DNA of 64,000 nucleotides from Candidatus Angelobacter sp. (GTDB lineage: Bacteria; Acidobacteriota; Terriglobia; Terriglobales; Acidobacteriaceae): positions 11,606 through 75,605 of the forward strand of contig DATGIO010000222.1 of assembly GCA_035295685.1 (NCBI GenBank), written 5' to 3'. The translations under genes and the position numbers were made by a program. The number at the start of each line of letters is the position of its first letter. Within the stretch, counting starts at the first letter, position 1. The notes beneath the pieces were generated by a model. The model saw only the letters and a program-made list of their open reading frames with translations. It was not told the origin of the DNA and made no database searches. Of this stretch, positions 36,042-45,270 are shown piece by piece.

Positions 36042-37350
36042 TTATGGGCTCTTGTGCGGAGATGCGGCAACAGAGGCCGCAGCGCCGGTGCTATCCTCCA
36101 ATCTCAGATCTTTGACAAGACGTTCCAGCCTGCTCCTATATGAGTCATGATCCGTCTTCCAGTTGCGAAAATCAGGGATAAAGTACTCACGGATTTCACG
36201 AGCGGAGTCTGTCCCGGCGTCAGCATCGAAGCACACCCAATTCCTGATGGCTTCGAAATCTGCAAGCCCTATCGGAAAGAGTACACGCCGATTGTCGCGC
36301 ATTTCGCGGCTGCGAGCCTTGGCAATTTCGGTTTTGACCCATTGGCTACTCATGCTGGCTGGGGAAATAATCAGCAAAAGCCGGTCAAAGACGCGGATGG
36401 CTTCGTCGATTTGCTCGTGGATCTTCTTGCCGCCCTGCACGTGATGCGGCGCGAACCAGCAGCGAATGCCTCTTGCCTTCAAATCGGCAAATAGCCGATC
36501 GGCAAATTCCTGGTCTTTGGTGGAATAGCTGATAAAGCAGGAATAAAACTCATACGGAGTGCCGATTAAGGAGTTCAGAAAAGTAATCAGATTTTCCGGA
36601 ACTCCCGCGCCGTGAAGAAATTCATTGGGGATGCGCCCTCTAGACCTATAGATTGTGTCGATGCCGATCATGGAAGGCCCCTGGTGCTCGACGTTCTCCA
36701 GGCCGATTGCCGTGCTTAGATCGACAGTTCCAAAGCTGGCCTACCCTATCCTGGCTCCGCCAAAATCGGCCCCATCCAGAATGGCTCCACTAAAATCGAC
36801 GCTGTGCAAACCGGCTTCGCGAAGGTCCGCATCCCTCATGTTCGTTCTTTTTGCGTCGACATTCGTAAGCTTTGCCCTGACTAGCTGCACCGAAACAAGC
36901 CATGCATCGGATAAATCCGCTTTGTTGAGATCAGCATCGCTTAAATTCGAGTCGCTGAGATTTGCATGCTGAAGATTGGCGCCGCTGAGGTTGGCTCCTT
37001 GCAGGCATGTCTTCTGAATGTAGGCGCTTCTGAGGGCAGCGCCGCTGAGATTCGCCTTCGAGAAGTTTGCGCCACAAAGATTGGCATTGTTCAGACGAGC
37101 CCCGCTCAGATTTGCCCCGCTGAAATCCGAGTCAAGTAAGACTGGCATCATCGAGCAATGCTTTGCTCAAGTCCGCGCCAGTCATCTTCACTACGCGCAG
37201 GTTGGCATCGTAGAAAAAAGCGCCGGATAGGTGCGCTCCTCGGAGGTCCGCTCCATCAATGTCGGGTTTGATGGAGGGATTTTCTACGCGCCAACGATTC
37301 CAAGCATCCACCCCTCGCTTGAGGATCTTCGTGTGCTCTCCGGTCGCCAT
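36042..37350 (-). pseudogene. Pentapeptide-repeat / TIR-domain gene interrupted by one frameshift and one in-frame TAG
   Basis: Three track ORFs (37132..37350, 36741..37151, 36042..36671) together form one architecture: N-terminal MATGEHTKILKRGVDAWNRWRVENP, then A(D/N)LxG pentapeptide repeats, then a TIR domain (FISYSTKDQEFADRLFADLKARGIRCWF...SSQWVKTEIAKA). ORF2 and ORF3 are in the same frame and are separated only by TAG at 36741..36743: ...GGARIG*ASFGTVDLSTAIGLENVEHQGPSMIGIDT. ORF1 and ORF2 overlap out of frame at 37132..37151. Confidence 0.65.
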
Positions 37351-37503
37351 AGGCTGCTCTCAAAGGTCAATCGAAAGAAGAGATTCTATAGCGCTTTCAG
37401 CATTACCGTATTGCTGTTTACAGGGTTCTCGGTGCGACTTTCCTTTAGCCGAAAACAAGGCGGAAAAACCGCGCAGCGATCTTGATTCCCGCTGACACTT
37501 CTT

Positions 37504-38787
37504 TCAGGCCGCCGAGCGATTCAGGCGATAGCGAACACCGAGTCCGAGACCGCAGACGAGCGCCACGGCAGCAGCAGTGAGCGTGATCTTGATTCCGGCG
37601 TGAGAGGCTACGACTCCCCAGACGGCGCTTCCTATGGCCAGCCCTCCTTGCAGCACAAGAACGTACATGGAAAGCATGCGCGCCCGGACCCACGCGGGAG
37701 CGATCACCTGGGCAACGTAGTTCAGGCTGGCAAGGTTGCTGATCCATGCCAAACCGGCAGCGGCAGCAAATAACGAAGAGAGCACGAGACTCTGAGTTCG
37801 CACCAAACCGAATAGCGAGCCTGCAAAGACAAGAGTCGCCAGGACTACAACGGTGTCGTGCGGAAACCGGCGGCGCACTTTGGCTAGAAGGCCGGCACCC
37901 ACGAGCGCGCCAAGACCAAAGTAGGCCAGCATGAAGCCGTATCCTTTCGCGCCATAGCCGCGCGCCACCAGGGGAAGCAAAGCCCAGAAGGCACTGGCGA
38001 AGAGCGAAAATGCGGCCGTGCGAACCAGCACCGCCAACATACGGGAATCCTGCCGGAGATAGCTGATCCCATCGCGCACCGCTCCGGAGAGGGTGCTTCC
38101 GTTTGGGTGGGCGTGGCAGTCCACCGGCTTCCAGCGGTACAGAAAAAGAATCACGCCAAAAAAAGAAAGCGCATTCAGCAAAAAAGCGACTCCCGACCCT
38201 GAAGCGACCAGCACCAAGCCGCCAATGGCCGGACCAAGGGAGCGGGCAATGTTGAAGCCCGCCGAGTTCAGGGCTACCGCCGATGCCAGCTTCGATTGCG
38301 GCACGAGATCGGGTGTGAGAGCCTGCCACGCCGGATCGTTCATAACGGCACCGACGCCCAACAGGAAGGTAAACACCAAGAGCAGATGCGGCGTCACCAT
38401 GCTGTAGATGGTGAGCAGGCCCAGAACTCCGGAGGCGGCCACCATGGAAGACTGGGTGACGAGCAGGAATTTACGCCGGTCCACGATATCCGCAAGGGCC
38501 CCGGCAGGAAGCGCAATCAGGAATACCGGCAGGCTCAAGGCTACCTGCACCAGAGCAACCCACACCGGAGAACTCGTCAGCGAACTCATGAGCCAGCCGG
38601 TGGCGACGTTCTGCATCCAACTGCCGGTGTAAGAGATCACGGCGGCGATCCATAGGCTGCGAAATAACGGGACCCGCAGCGGCGCCAGTATCGACTCTCG
38701 CTCCGAAACTTGCTCGGTCTGAACAGGCGTCTCCGTTGGGCTTGGAACCATCGGGCTAGAAACCCTTGGAGTAACAGCGGCCGGCAT
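37504..38787 (-). CDS. MFS transporter (EntS/MFS_3-like)
   Basis: It has about 12 TM helices. The N-terminal LFRSLWIAAVISYTGSWMQNVATGWLM is typical of the MFS_3 subfamily. Confidence 0.8.
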   Translation of the reverse strand: MPAAVTPRVSSPMVPSPTETPVQTEQVSERESILAPLRVPLFRSLWIAAVISYTGSWMQNVATGWLMSSLTSSPVWVALVQVALSLPVFLIALPAGALADIVDRRKFLLVTQSSMVAASGVLGLLTIYSMVTPHLLLVFTFLLGVGAVMNDPAWQALTPDLVPQSKLASAVALNSAGFNIARSLGPAIGGLVLVASGSGVAFLLNALSFFGVILFLYRWKPVDCHAHPNGSTLSGAVRDGISYLRQDSRMLAVLVRTAAFSLFASAFWALLPLVARGYGAKGYGFMLAYFGLGALVGAGLLAKVRRRFPHDTVVVLATLVFAGSLFGLVRTQSLVLSSLFAAAAGLAWISNLASLNYVAQVIAPAWVRARMLSMYVLVLQGGLAIGSAVWGVVASHAGIKITLTAAAVALVCGLGLGVRYRLNRSAA

Positions 38788-38796
38788 AGGTGTCCA

Positions 38797-40272
38797 TTAG
38801 ACGATCTTTCCGATCAGTTTGTGAGCCGACGAAGGAGTAAAGGGCCACTCTTTTCGAAGCCACGACCGCACGAAAAAAACGCAGAGGCCAACCAGGATGA
38901 TGGCGACGGCATAGCGAATCTCTTTCATGAAATTCTGCCGTGCTATGAGCACATAGCCGAAACCGACCGCTGCCAGCAGCGCGGGCACCGGATACAGAAA
39001 CATGCGAAAGGGGCGCGGAAATTCGGGCCGGGAAGCGCGCAAGATCAAAAGCCCCAGGATTTGCAGAAGAAACTGAACCATGATGCGGATTACCACCAGC
39101 GCGGCAATCACATCGGCCAGGCGAAACAGGCAGAAAAACGCGGCAGCCGCGCCAAGCATTAGCAACGACACGTAAGGAAACTGGTGGCGCGGATGTATTT
39201 TGGCATACGACCGAAAGTAATTGCCATCCACGGCGGCGGCATAAGGTACACGAGAGTAACCAAGAAGCAGCGAAAAGACCGAGGCAAAGGCCACCCACAT
39301 GATCAGCACCGAGACGACCTTCCCTGCCCAAGGGCCGAAGGTGCGCTCCAGAAGCATGGATGCCACAAAGGCCGGCGTTTTCGAATTCGAAGCCTGACCC
39401 AACTCCTGCCAGGGAATCACGCCCAGGATGCTGATATTCATGACCAGATACAGAATGGCCACCAGCACAATCGAGATCAGAATCGTGCGGGGAATGGTTC
39501 GCTCAGGCTGCCGGACTTCGCCACCAAGAAAACACACGTTGTAGTAGCCCCAATAGTCATAGAAGGCAAACAACATGGCGGAGCCCAATCCGGTGAAAAA
39601 TGCCGGCGAAAGCTGGAAGGCTTCGTGCGGAAAGCTGAGAGCCCGCGCGGCGCTGAAATGACCGACTCCCGCGACGATAACCCACAACATGGTGCCGATG
39701 ACGCCGACCCAAAGCAATTTTGACAGGCGTCCGATGGCGGAGATGCGGCGATAGAGCAGAAACACGGCGAGGCCACAGCTGGCCATGGCAACGAACGTGC
39801 CATTGGTGACCAACACGCGCATCTCAAACTTCCCCAACACGGGGAAGACATGGGAAAAGAGATGGTCGGTGTGCACATTGAAAAGCGACGGCCACAGGTA
39901 GCCGGCATATTGGGCAATGCCGAGGCACCCCGAGGCAATGGAAAGCGGGGCGCTGAAGCTGAGCTGCCAGACGAAGAGGAACGAGACCAGCCGTCCAAGT
40001 CCATTGGGACCGTAGCTGGTGCGCAGGTATTGATAGGACCCGCCCGCCTGGGGAATCGAAGCGCCCAGTTCAGCCCAAACGAGTCCATCGCAAACTGCGA
40101 AAAACGCTCCAAGAACCCATCCCACCATCGCCTGCGGACCACCCATGGCTCCAACGATCAGAGGAATGGTGATAAACGGCCCCACGCCGATCATGTCGAT
40201 CATGTTCAGCGCGGTAGCCTCGCGCAAGCCGATATCGCGCACCAGCTTGGGCTGCTGCTGGGATTCGCTCAT
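38797..40272 (-). CDS. APC-family amino acid/polyamine permease
   Basis: LREATALNMIDMIGVGPFITIPLIVGAMGGPQAMVGWVLGAFFAVCDGLVWAELGASIPQAGGSYQYL is followed by 12 TM helices. The start codon directly abuts the stop of the upstream PIG-L gene. Confidence 0.85.
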   Translation of the reverse strand: MSESQQQPKLVRDIGLREATALNMIDMIGVGPFITIPLIVGAMGGPQAMVGWVLGAFFAVCDGLVWAELGASIPQAGGSYQYLRTSYGPNGLGRLVSFLFVWQLSFSAPLSIASGCLGIAQYAGYLWPSLFNVHTDHLFSHVFPVLGKFEMRVLVTNGTFVAMASCGLAVFLLYRRISAIGRLSKLLWVGVIGTMLWVIVAGVGHFSAARALSFPHEAFQLSPAFFTGLGSAMLFAFYDYWGYYNVCFLGGEVRQPERTIPRTILISIVLVAILYLVMNISILGVIPWQELGQASNSKTPAFVASMLLERTFGPWAGKVVSVLIMWVAFASVFSLLLGYSRVPYAAAVDGNYFRSYAKIHPRHQFPYVSLLMLGAAAAFFCLFRLADVIAALVVIRIMVQFLLQILGLLILRASRPEFPRPFRMFLYPVPALLAAVGFGYVLIARQNFMKEIRYAVAIILVGLCVFFVRSWLRKEWPFTPSSAHKLIGKIV

Positions 40273-43005
40273 CTACTGGGTCCCGGAACGCGAAACCGGA
40301 CCACTGGTGTGACCGGCGCTCAACAGGTTCACGAACAAGCGAATTGCGCCGGGAACCCCCGCCGGAAGCTGCCGGAAGAAGGCATAGCCAGAGTAGATGT
40401 AGAGTCCTTTGCCGTAGGGGGCGAGCAGCATCCCGCCTTTTTGCGGCGCCTCGCCGGGATCGTGCGAAGAGAGCAGAGGCTTGAAATGCTCGTCCCACTG
40501 GGACATAAAGTAGAGACCGCGTTCCTGCACCCAGCGGTCGAAATCCCGCGCCTCAATTTTGTTGGGATAGGAAAAGATGCTGCTATCGGGCGAGAGGACT
40601 TCCACAGGCATCTCCTCGACGGAGACCCGGGCGGTGCTCAGGGTTGCGGGATAGGGCGTGTAGCGGCCCTCATTGAAGATACCGACGGTCTGGTTGTACT
40701 GGACGATCAAGGTCCCGCCCTGGTTGGCATACTCCAGCAGCCGGCGGTTCTGCTCACGCACATCCGTGCGGACATCATAGGCGCGGATGCCGACCACGAT
40801 GGTGTCGTAACGACCGAGATCGCCGTTTGCCAGTTCCTGAGGCGTGATGATGCTGATATTCAGGCCAACGCCCCTGAGCACGGAAGCGATTTCGTCGCCA
40901 GCACCCATGATGTAACCGACCTTCAAGCCCGCGGGCAGCTTGATATCCACGGCCTGTACTTTCTGAGTAGCGGGATGGTAGGCATAGAACGAATCAAGAT
41001 CGGGGCGGCTGATCAGCTTGAAGCCTTCGGCGTATTCCTTTCCGTTGTACTCGGCCTTTGCCTTGACCTCGTAGGCGCCTTCGTGAAGGTTCTGAGGAGT
41101 GATCTGGAACGAGTAACTGCTGATATCGCCATCGTGATCGAGTTCTACAGGAATCGACTCTGGTTCAACCTTCCATCCGGATGGTGTCTCGAGGCGCAAC
41201 GTGGCGCGCACGGGAGCCTGAAGGTTGCTGCGCACACTCACGTCGATCCTGGAACTGGATTTGCCAGTGGAGGAGACGACGACCACCGGGCTTTCCATTA
41301 AAACGGAAAGGGCCGGACCAACGACCAAAGGCCGTTCAGACTGGCCGCTGGTTGGATCGACAAACTTGACCTTGACTACCGTGCTTGTCTCGCTCCGGCC
41401 ACCAGCCGCCGAGAAGCTGGCCATCGCGTGCAGCGGGTAGGGCGGCAGCGGCAGGGTTTGCAGGTTGGGATCGCTGAGTGTGTAGCGGTTTTCTTCCTGC
41501 GTGTCGCGACGGCTCCAATAGGGCCGGGTGTATTTGGCATTTTCCGGCACGGTAATCTTGAACTGGACCGTAGCGTTGTCACCGGGGTTCAACACGGGCT
41601 TCTCTTCTTTTACGACAGAACTCACCCAGTTTTCCGGCATGATCAACCGGATGGAGTCCGGGGTAACCGGCATGGTGCCCCGGTTGTAGAGGCGCGCGGT
41701 AACCGCAAAAGTCTGTCCTGGAGTCGCCATGGAGAAGGTCTGCTCCATGCGGAAGAAAAATGTCTGCTGCGGAGGAGGGCCGGGAGGATCGGCGGATACT
41801 TCAAAGAAGATTCCTAATGCCTCGTTGGCGGCATCCTCAAATTGTTCCCGCTTGGTGTTCAACGATGGCAAGAGTATGGCTTTGTCGGAAGCCGAGAGCG
41901 GCGATTCTTCCACCTGCCGGATCAGCTTCTTGGTTTCATCTAGACCAGCAAGCAGTGGGGTGGCGCAAGGCGAGGGATCGCGCATGGAAAACAGGCGAGA
42001 CGCCTCTTCTATATGTTTCGCAAGGGAAACAAGCGCCGGACGCAGAAAAGATACCTTCTTTTCTTCGCTCCCGATTCGTTCGGCCAGGGCGGGAAGCGAA
42101 GTATCGATCCCATCCATGAAGTCGTCTTCTTTTGCATCCGCAGCCTTGGCGGGCAGCACCGAATCGGCCAGCTTGTAGTAGGTATAGCGATGGCCGGGTG
42201 GCACGCGAATTCCACCGGTGCCTTGCGATGTCTGGTGCGCCAATCCTTCCAACGCATACTGGATATACGACATTCCTAAGAATGGACTATAGGTTCCGGT
42301 ATCGAGCTTAACCGTGTAGTCCTGATCGATCCGGAAGCCATCCACATAGAACTTCTTCGGCTGCCACGGCAGGAGGCCTTCCTTTATCTGTTCCGGAAAA
42401 CGCGTGGGGTCACCGGCCGCGCGGAATGCCTCGCGGCTCAATACCCCGGATGCTTCGTGGTTGCCGTGTCCATCGTTCTTGTTTCCCTGAAAACGGCTGG
42501 TCAGCACATCGGGGCGAAACACGCGTATGGCGCGCACCATATCGCCAAGGGCCGGTTCATGGCCTTTCCACTTATTAAAGGTCTCGTCGGCAGTCTTGGA
42601 GAAGCCGAAGTCGATGACATGGCTGAAGCGCTGATCGACGCCATAGTATTTGTCGGCCTGAAGCAGTTCCATGGTGCGCAAGATGCCCAGTTCATCGGAA
42701 CTCTCGGCGCCGAACTTATTCTGTCCGCCCTCACCGCGATTGATGCTAAAGAGGGTGACGGTGGCGCCTTTGCCGCGCGCCTCCAGCGTCATCATGCCTC
42801 CATCTTCATCGTCCGGATGGGCAGTCGTATGCATGATACGCGCAGTGGTCTTTAGCTTGAGCAGCAACTGATACAAGCGAACCGATCCGCGATCCTCGGG
42901 CAAGGTCCGTGTATCCGATTGCGAGATTTGGGTGAGGCAAAAGAGGGCGCAGACGCAAGCCAGCACCCACCCGAATTTGAGTTGCATGAATCGCATGGCG
43001 AACAT
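40273..43005 (-). CDS. Large secreted PIG-L/LmbE-family deacetylase with C-terminal ThuA/GATase1-like domain
   Basis: The ORF is 40273..43194. I start at ATG 43005, where MFAMRFMQLKFGWVLACVCALFCLTQISQS is a signal peptide. HPDDEDGGMMTLEARGKGATVTLFSINRGEGGQN is the PIG-L motif. The C-terminal RYDTIVVGIRAYDVRTDV...GGTLIVQYNQ resembles ThuA-like domains. Confidence 0.75.
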   Translation of the reverse strand: MFAMRFMQLKFGWVLACVCALFCLTQISQSDTRTLPEDRGSVRLYQLLLKLKTTARIMHTTAHPDDEDGGMMTLEARGKGATVTLFSINRGEGGQNKFGAESSDELGILRTMELLQADKYYGVDQRFSHVIDFGFSKTADETFNKWKGHEPALGDMVRAIRVFRPDVLTSRFQGNKNDGHGNHEASGVLSREAFRAAGDPTRFPEQIKEGLLPWQPKKFYVDGFRIDQDYTVKLDTGTYSPFLGMSYIQYALEGLAHQTSQGTGGIRVPPGHRYTYYKLADSVLPAKAADAKEDDFMDGIDTSLPALAERIGSEEKKVSFLRPALVSLAKHIEEASRLFSMRDPSPCATPLLAGLDETKKLIRQVEESPLSASDKAILLPSLNTKREQFEDAANEALGIFFEVSADPPGPPPQQTFFFRMEQTFSMATPGQTFAVTARLYNRGTMPVTPDSIRLIMPENWVSSVVKEEKPVLNPGDNATVQFKITVPENAKYTRPYWSRRDTQEENRYTLSDPNLQTLPLPPYPLHAMASFSAAGGRSETSTVVKVKFVDPTSGQSERPLVVGPALSVLMESPVVVVSSTGKSSSRIDVSVRSNLQAPVRATLRLETPSGWKVEPESIPVELDHDGDISSYSFQITPQNLHEGAYEVKAKAEYNGKEYAEGFKLISRPDLDSFYAYHPATQKVQAVDIKLPAGLKVGYIMGAGDEIASVLRGVGLNISIITPQELANGDLGRYDTIVVGIRAYDVRTDVREQNRRLLEYANQGGTLIVQYNQTVGIFNEGRYTPYPATLSTARVSVEEMPVEVLSPDSSIFSYPNKIEARDFDRWVQERGLYFMSQWDEHFKPLLSSHDPGEAPQKGGMLLAPYGKGLYIYSGYAFFRQLPAGVPGAIRLFVNLLSAGHTSGPVSRSGTQ

Positions 43006-43192
43006 TTTCGATGATGATAGGCGTTTCCTGCAAACGAGCCCAGGAACTCCGTTCCTCCTTTCCACTTGATGCAGAAGCCCGCCTCCGGTCTTCTTTTTTC
43101 GTATTTTGAAGGTGATTTTGCGGTTCTTTTCGGGCACGATATAGAATCGCCCTGGCTGCCCCAGGGTACGCGCAGAAAAACACGGTCTCGCC

Positions 43193-44614
43193 ATGCCCAG
43201 CTTATGCTTTCGCTATAGTTCTCGTTTGCTCTCGTGGCCGGTCTTTTCCGTTTGGGGCGTATGGGTTTTGGTGGGCTGTTTTCTTACGGCGAGTCTTTGC
43301 GTTGCAAAAGATGGCTTTGTAAAAGATGCGTCTGCACAAGCTGGGCCTGCACAAGATCAGAAGGGCAGCCCCTCCAAGCCGACTTCCAATCAACCAACAA
43401 GCTTGCAGAGCCGGGCAATTCCGGCTTCGGTTCAATTGCTACTCGATCGGTGGCTTACGGAGCACTCCCATCCCCAGCTTGCATGGAAGACTGACCTTTT
43501 TCCATATCAGCTTTCGAACCACCAGAGGTTTCGGCAGCGAATTGAGATTGCCGTACCAGAACGCGAACTGAAGAAAAGGCCCGGTGAACGAAGGCTGCTT
43601 GCTTTGATTCGCGTGACAGATCGAGACGGAAAATCGTTGATGGATGATGGCGTGCTGATCACGGACGTAACAAAACTCGGCCAGCACGTTTCGGGCGCGG
43701 TCTTTGGATGGACAGTCTTCCTGCTGCCGGGGGAGTATACCGTGACCCTCGCTCTTTACGACCGGATCAGCAAAGAGCACAACGTCATCCAACACAAGCT
43801 CAAGGTTGCGCCCTTTAAGCACGATCCGCTCCCGGAGGCTTGGCGCGACCTGCCCAACATCGAGTTCCTGGAGTCTGGCGAGGACGAAGCGGACTCGCTT
43901 TTTCATCCTGAAGTTTCGAGCCGCCTTTACTTGCCATTGGCAACAGATCGCCCGGTACAGATTGAGTTGCTGGCAAATTTGACGCCCTCGGAAGCATTCA
44001 CCGGCTCGAACAGGATGTATCGGTTCAATTTGCGCGCGATGATTCCCATCCTCAAAACCTTCAGCCAGATTGATGTGGCCAACGGGACTCTGAATCTGGC
44101 GACCCTGAATCTTACGCGGCGCGAAGCCAACTTTCGCCAGGACGATTCGAAGAGCATGTTGGATTGGCCGAAATTAAAAGCAGCCCTTGAAGATGAGAAT
44201 CCAGGAGTAGTCGGCGTGCAGGACCTTCAGGCACGCAAGCGCAATGCCGCTTTCCTTCGCGAGTCCCTGGCGCGTTGGATTGCCGCCGGTGAAGAGAAAT
44301 CGGCGGATGTCGGAAATCCTCTGCGTGTCTTCATCCTGATCAGTAGTCCGGTGCTATTCAACTTCAAAGAGGGTTTGAAAGAGATCGAGCTGCCCAGGAT
44401 TTGCGATTGCCTGGTTTATCATCTCCGTTATGATTGGCTTTTTCGAGGCGCGAGCTTCGACGATCTTGATCGAACCTTGAAGCCACTGAAGTTGCGCACT
44501 TTCTCGGCTAATAGTCCGGAAGGCGTGCGGAAAGCATTAGCAGACATACTTCAAGAGATTGCTCAGAAATCGGCGGCGGGTGAAGGCAGATCCGCATCTA
44601 CAAGACTCCAATAG
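43193..44614 (+). CDS. Signal-anchored hypothetical protein (possible beta-sandwich plus VWA-like domain)
   Basis: The product is 473 aa with an N-terminal hydrophobic segment (WPVFSVWGVWVLVGCFLTASLCVA). I recognise no catalytic motif. The VWA-like guess rests on the alternating beta-alpha pattern in the C-terminal half and is weak. Confidence 0.6.
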   Translation: MPSLCFRYSSRLLSWPVFSVWGVWVLVGCFLTASLCVAKDGFVKDASAQAGPAQDQKGSPSKPTSNQPTSLQSRAIPASVQLLLDRWLTEHSHPQLAWKTDLFPYQLSNHQRFRQRIEIAVPERELKKRPGERRLLALIRVTDRDGKSLMDDGVLITDVTKLGQHVSGAVFGWTVFLLPGEYTVTLALYDRISKEHNVIQHKLKVAPFKHDPLPEAWRDLPNIEFLESGEDEADSLFHPEVSSRLYLPLATDRPVQIELLANLTPSEAFTGSNRMYRFNLRAMIPILKTFSQIDVANGTLNLATLNLTRREANFRQDDSKSMLDWPKLKAALEDENPGVVGVQDLQARKRNAAFLRESLARWIAAGEEKSADVGNPLRVFILISSPVLFNFKEGLKEIELPRICDCLVYHLRYDWLFRGASFDDLDRTLKPLKLRTFSANSPEGVRKALADILQEIAQKSAAGEGRSASTRLQ

Positions 44615-44633
44615 CAAGACTCCACTAGCAAGT

Positions 44634-45047
44634 CTATGCCGACGACTCCTTGGGTTCCTTCACCGGGGGTTCCTTCACTGGCGCGATGCCCAGAAAACTA
44701 TAAGCTTCCGCGAGAGTGCGCACCACTAAGAGATTGGGCCGGGTCTGGTCGGCCATGGTCTGAAACATTCGGGCCAGGCCGAAGGCGAAATCCCTCGGCG
44801 CAACAATCGCGTGCTTCGATGTGGATTGGAACAAGCTCTGGGATTCAGACAGCTTCCGCAGAGCAGGAGTGGAGATGCCGGCCCTGGTTACTTCACTGAA
44901 ATCGACAAGGTCAGAAAAGCTCGGATCGAAGCCGGGCTGGGCGGGTATTAAGGAGAGAGGACGCAGAAGCTCTTCCTCGTTGATTTCTCCCGAGAAAGTC
45001 GTGCAAACCAGCTTCCTTGCGCGGTCCACCTTAACGACGACTGCCAT
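44634..45047 (-). CDS. Hypothetical protein (137 aa)
   Basis: The ORF is clean and has a protein-like composition (MAVVVKVDRARKLVCTTFSGEINEEELLRP...). I could assign no family. Confidence 0.55.
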   Translation of the reverse strand: MAVVVKVDRARKLVCTTFSGEINEEELLRPLSLIPAQPGFDPSFSDLVDFSEVTRAGISTPALRKLSESQSLFQSTSKHAIVAPRDFAFGLARMFQTMADQTRPNLLVVRTLAEAYSFLGIAPVKEPPVKEPKESSA

Positions 45048-45173
45048 TTCTTACGATTCCTTAAGCAAATAGTACTCCAAAACGACGCTTTCGCCTGCCG
45101 ATGGCAAATCGTTACCTTTGTGGTTCCTGATGGTCAACACGGCCACTAAATGTTAATGAATTTTTTAACCATT

Positions 45174-45219
45174 CTTTCATCTTGCTTTCACCTGCCGTGG
45201 TACAGGCCACCTTTATAAC
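45174..45219 (+). promoter_or_regulatory. Pho-box-like direct repeat plus candidate -10 upstream of the AlkP-family gene
   Basis: CTTTCAT-cttg-CTTTCAC (45174..45191) is an 11-bp-phased direct repeat that differs by one base per half-site from the E. coli Pho box CTGTCAT-N4-CTGTCAC. TATAAC lies at 45214..45219. The box-to-hexamer distance (22 nt) is one helical turn longer than the classical arrangement. Confidence 0.4.
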
Positions 45220-45270
45220 TGTCCACGGGCAAAACCATCCCCCTAAAGTAATAAGAAATCAGGAGAAGCA

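Noticed and set aside
39850-41301. 483-aa + strand ORF
   Set aside because: It spans the junction of two well-supported minus-strand genes (APC permease and PIG-L protein). Its Arg/Gly/His-rich composition is typical of antisense frames in GC-rich DNA.
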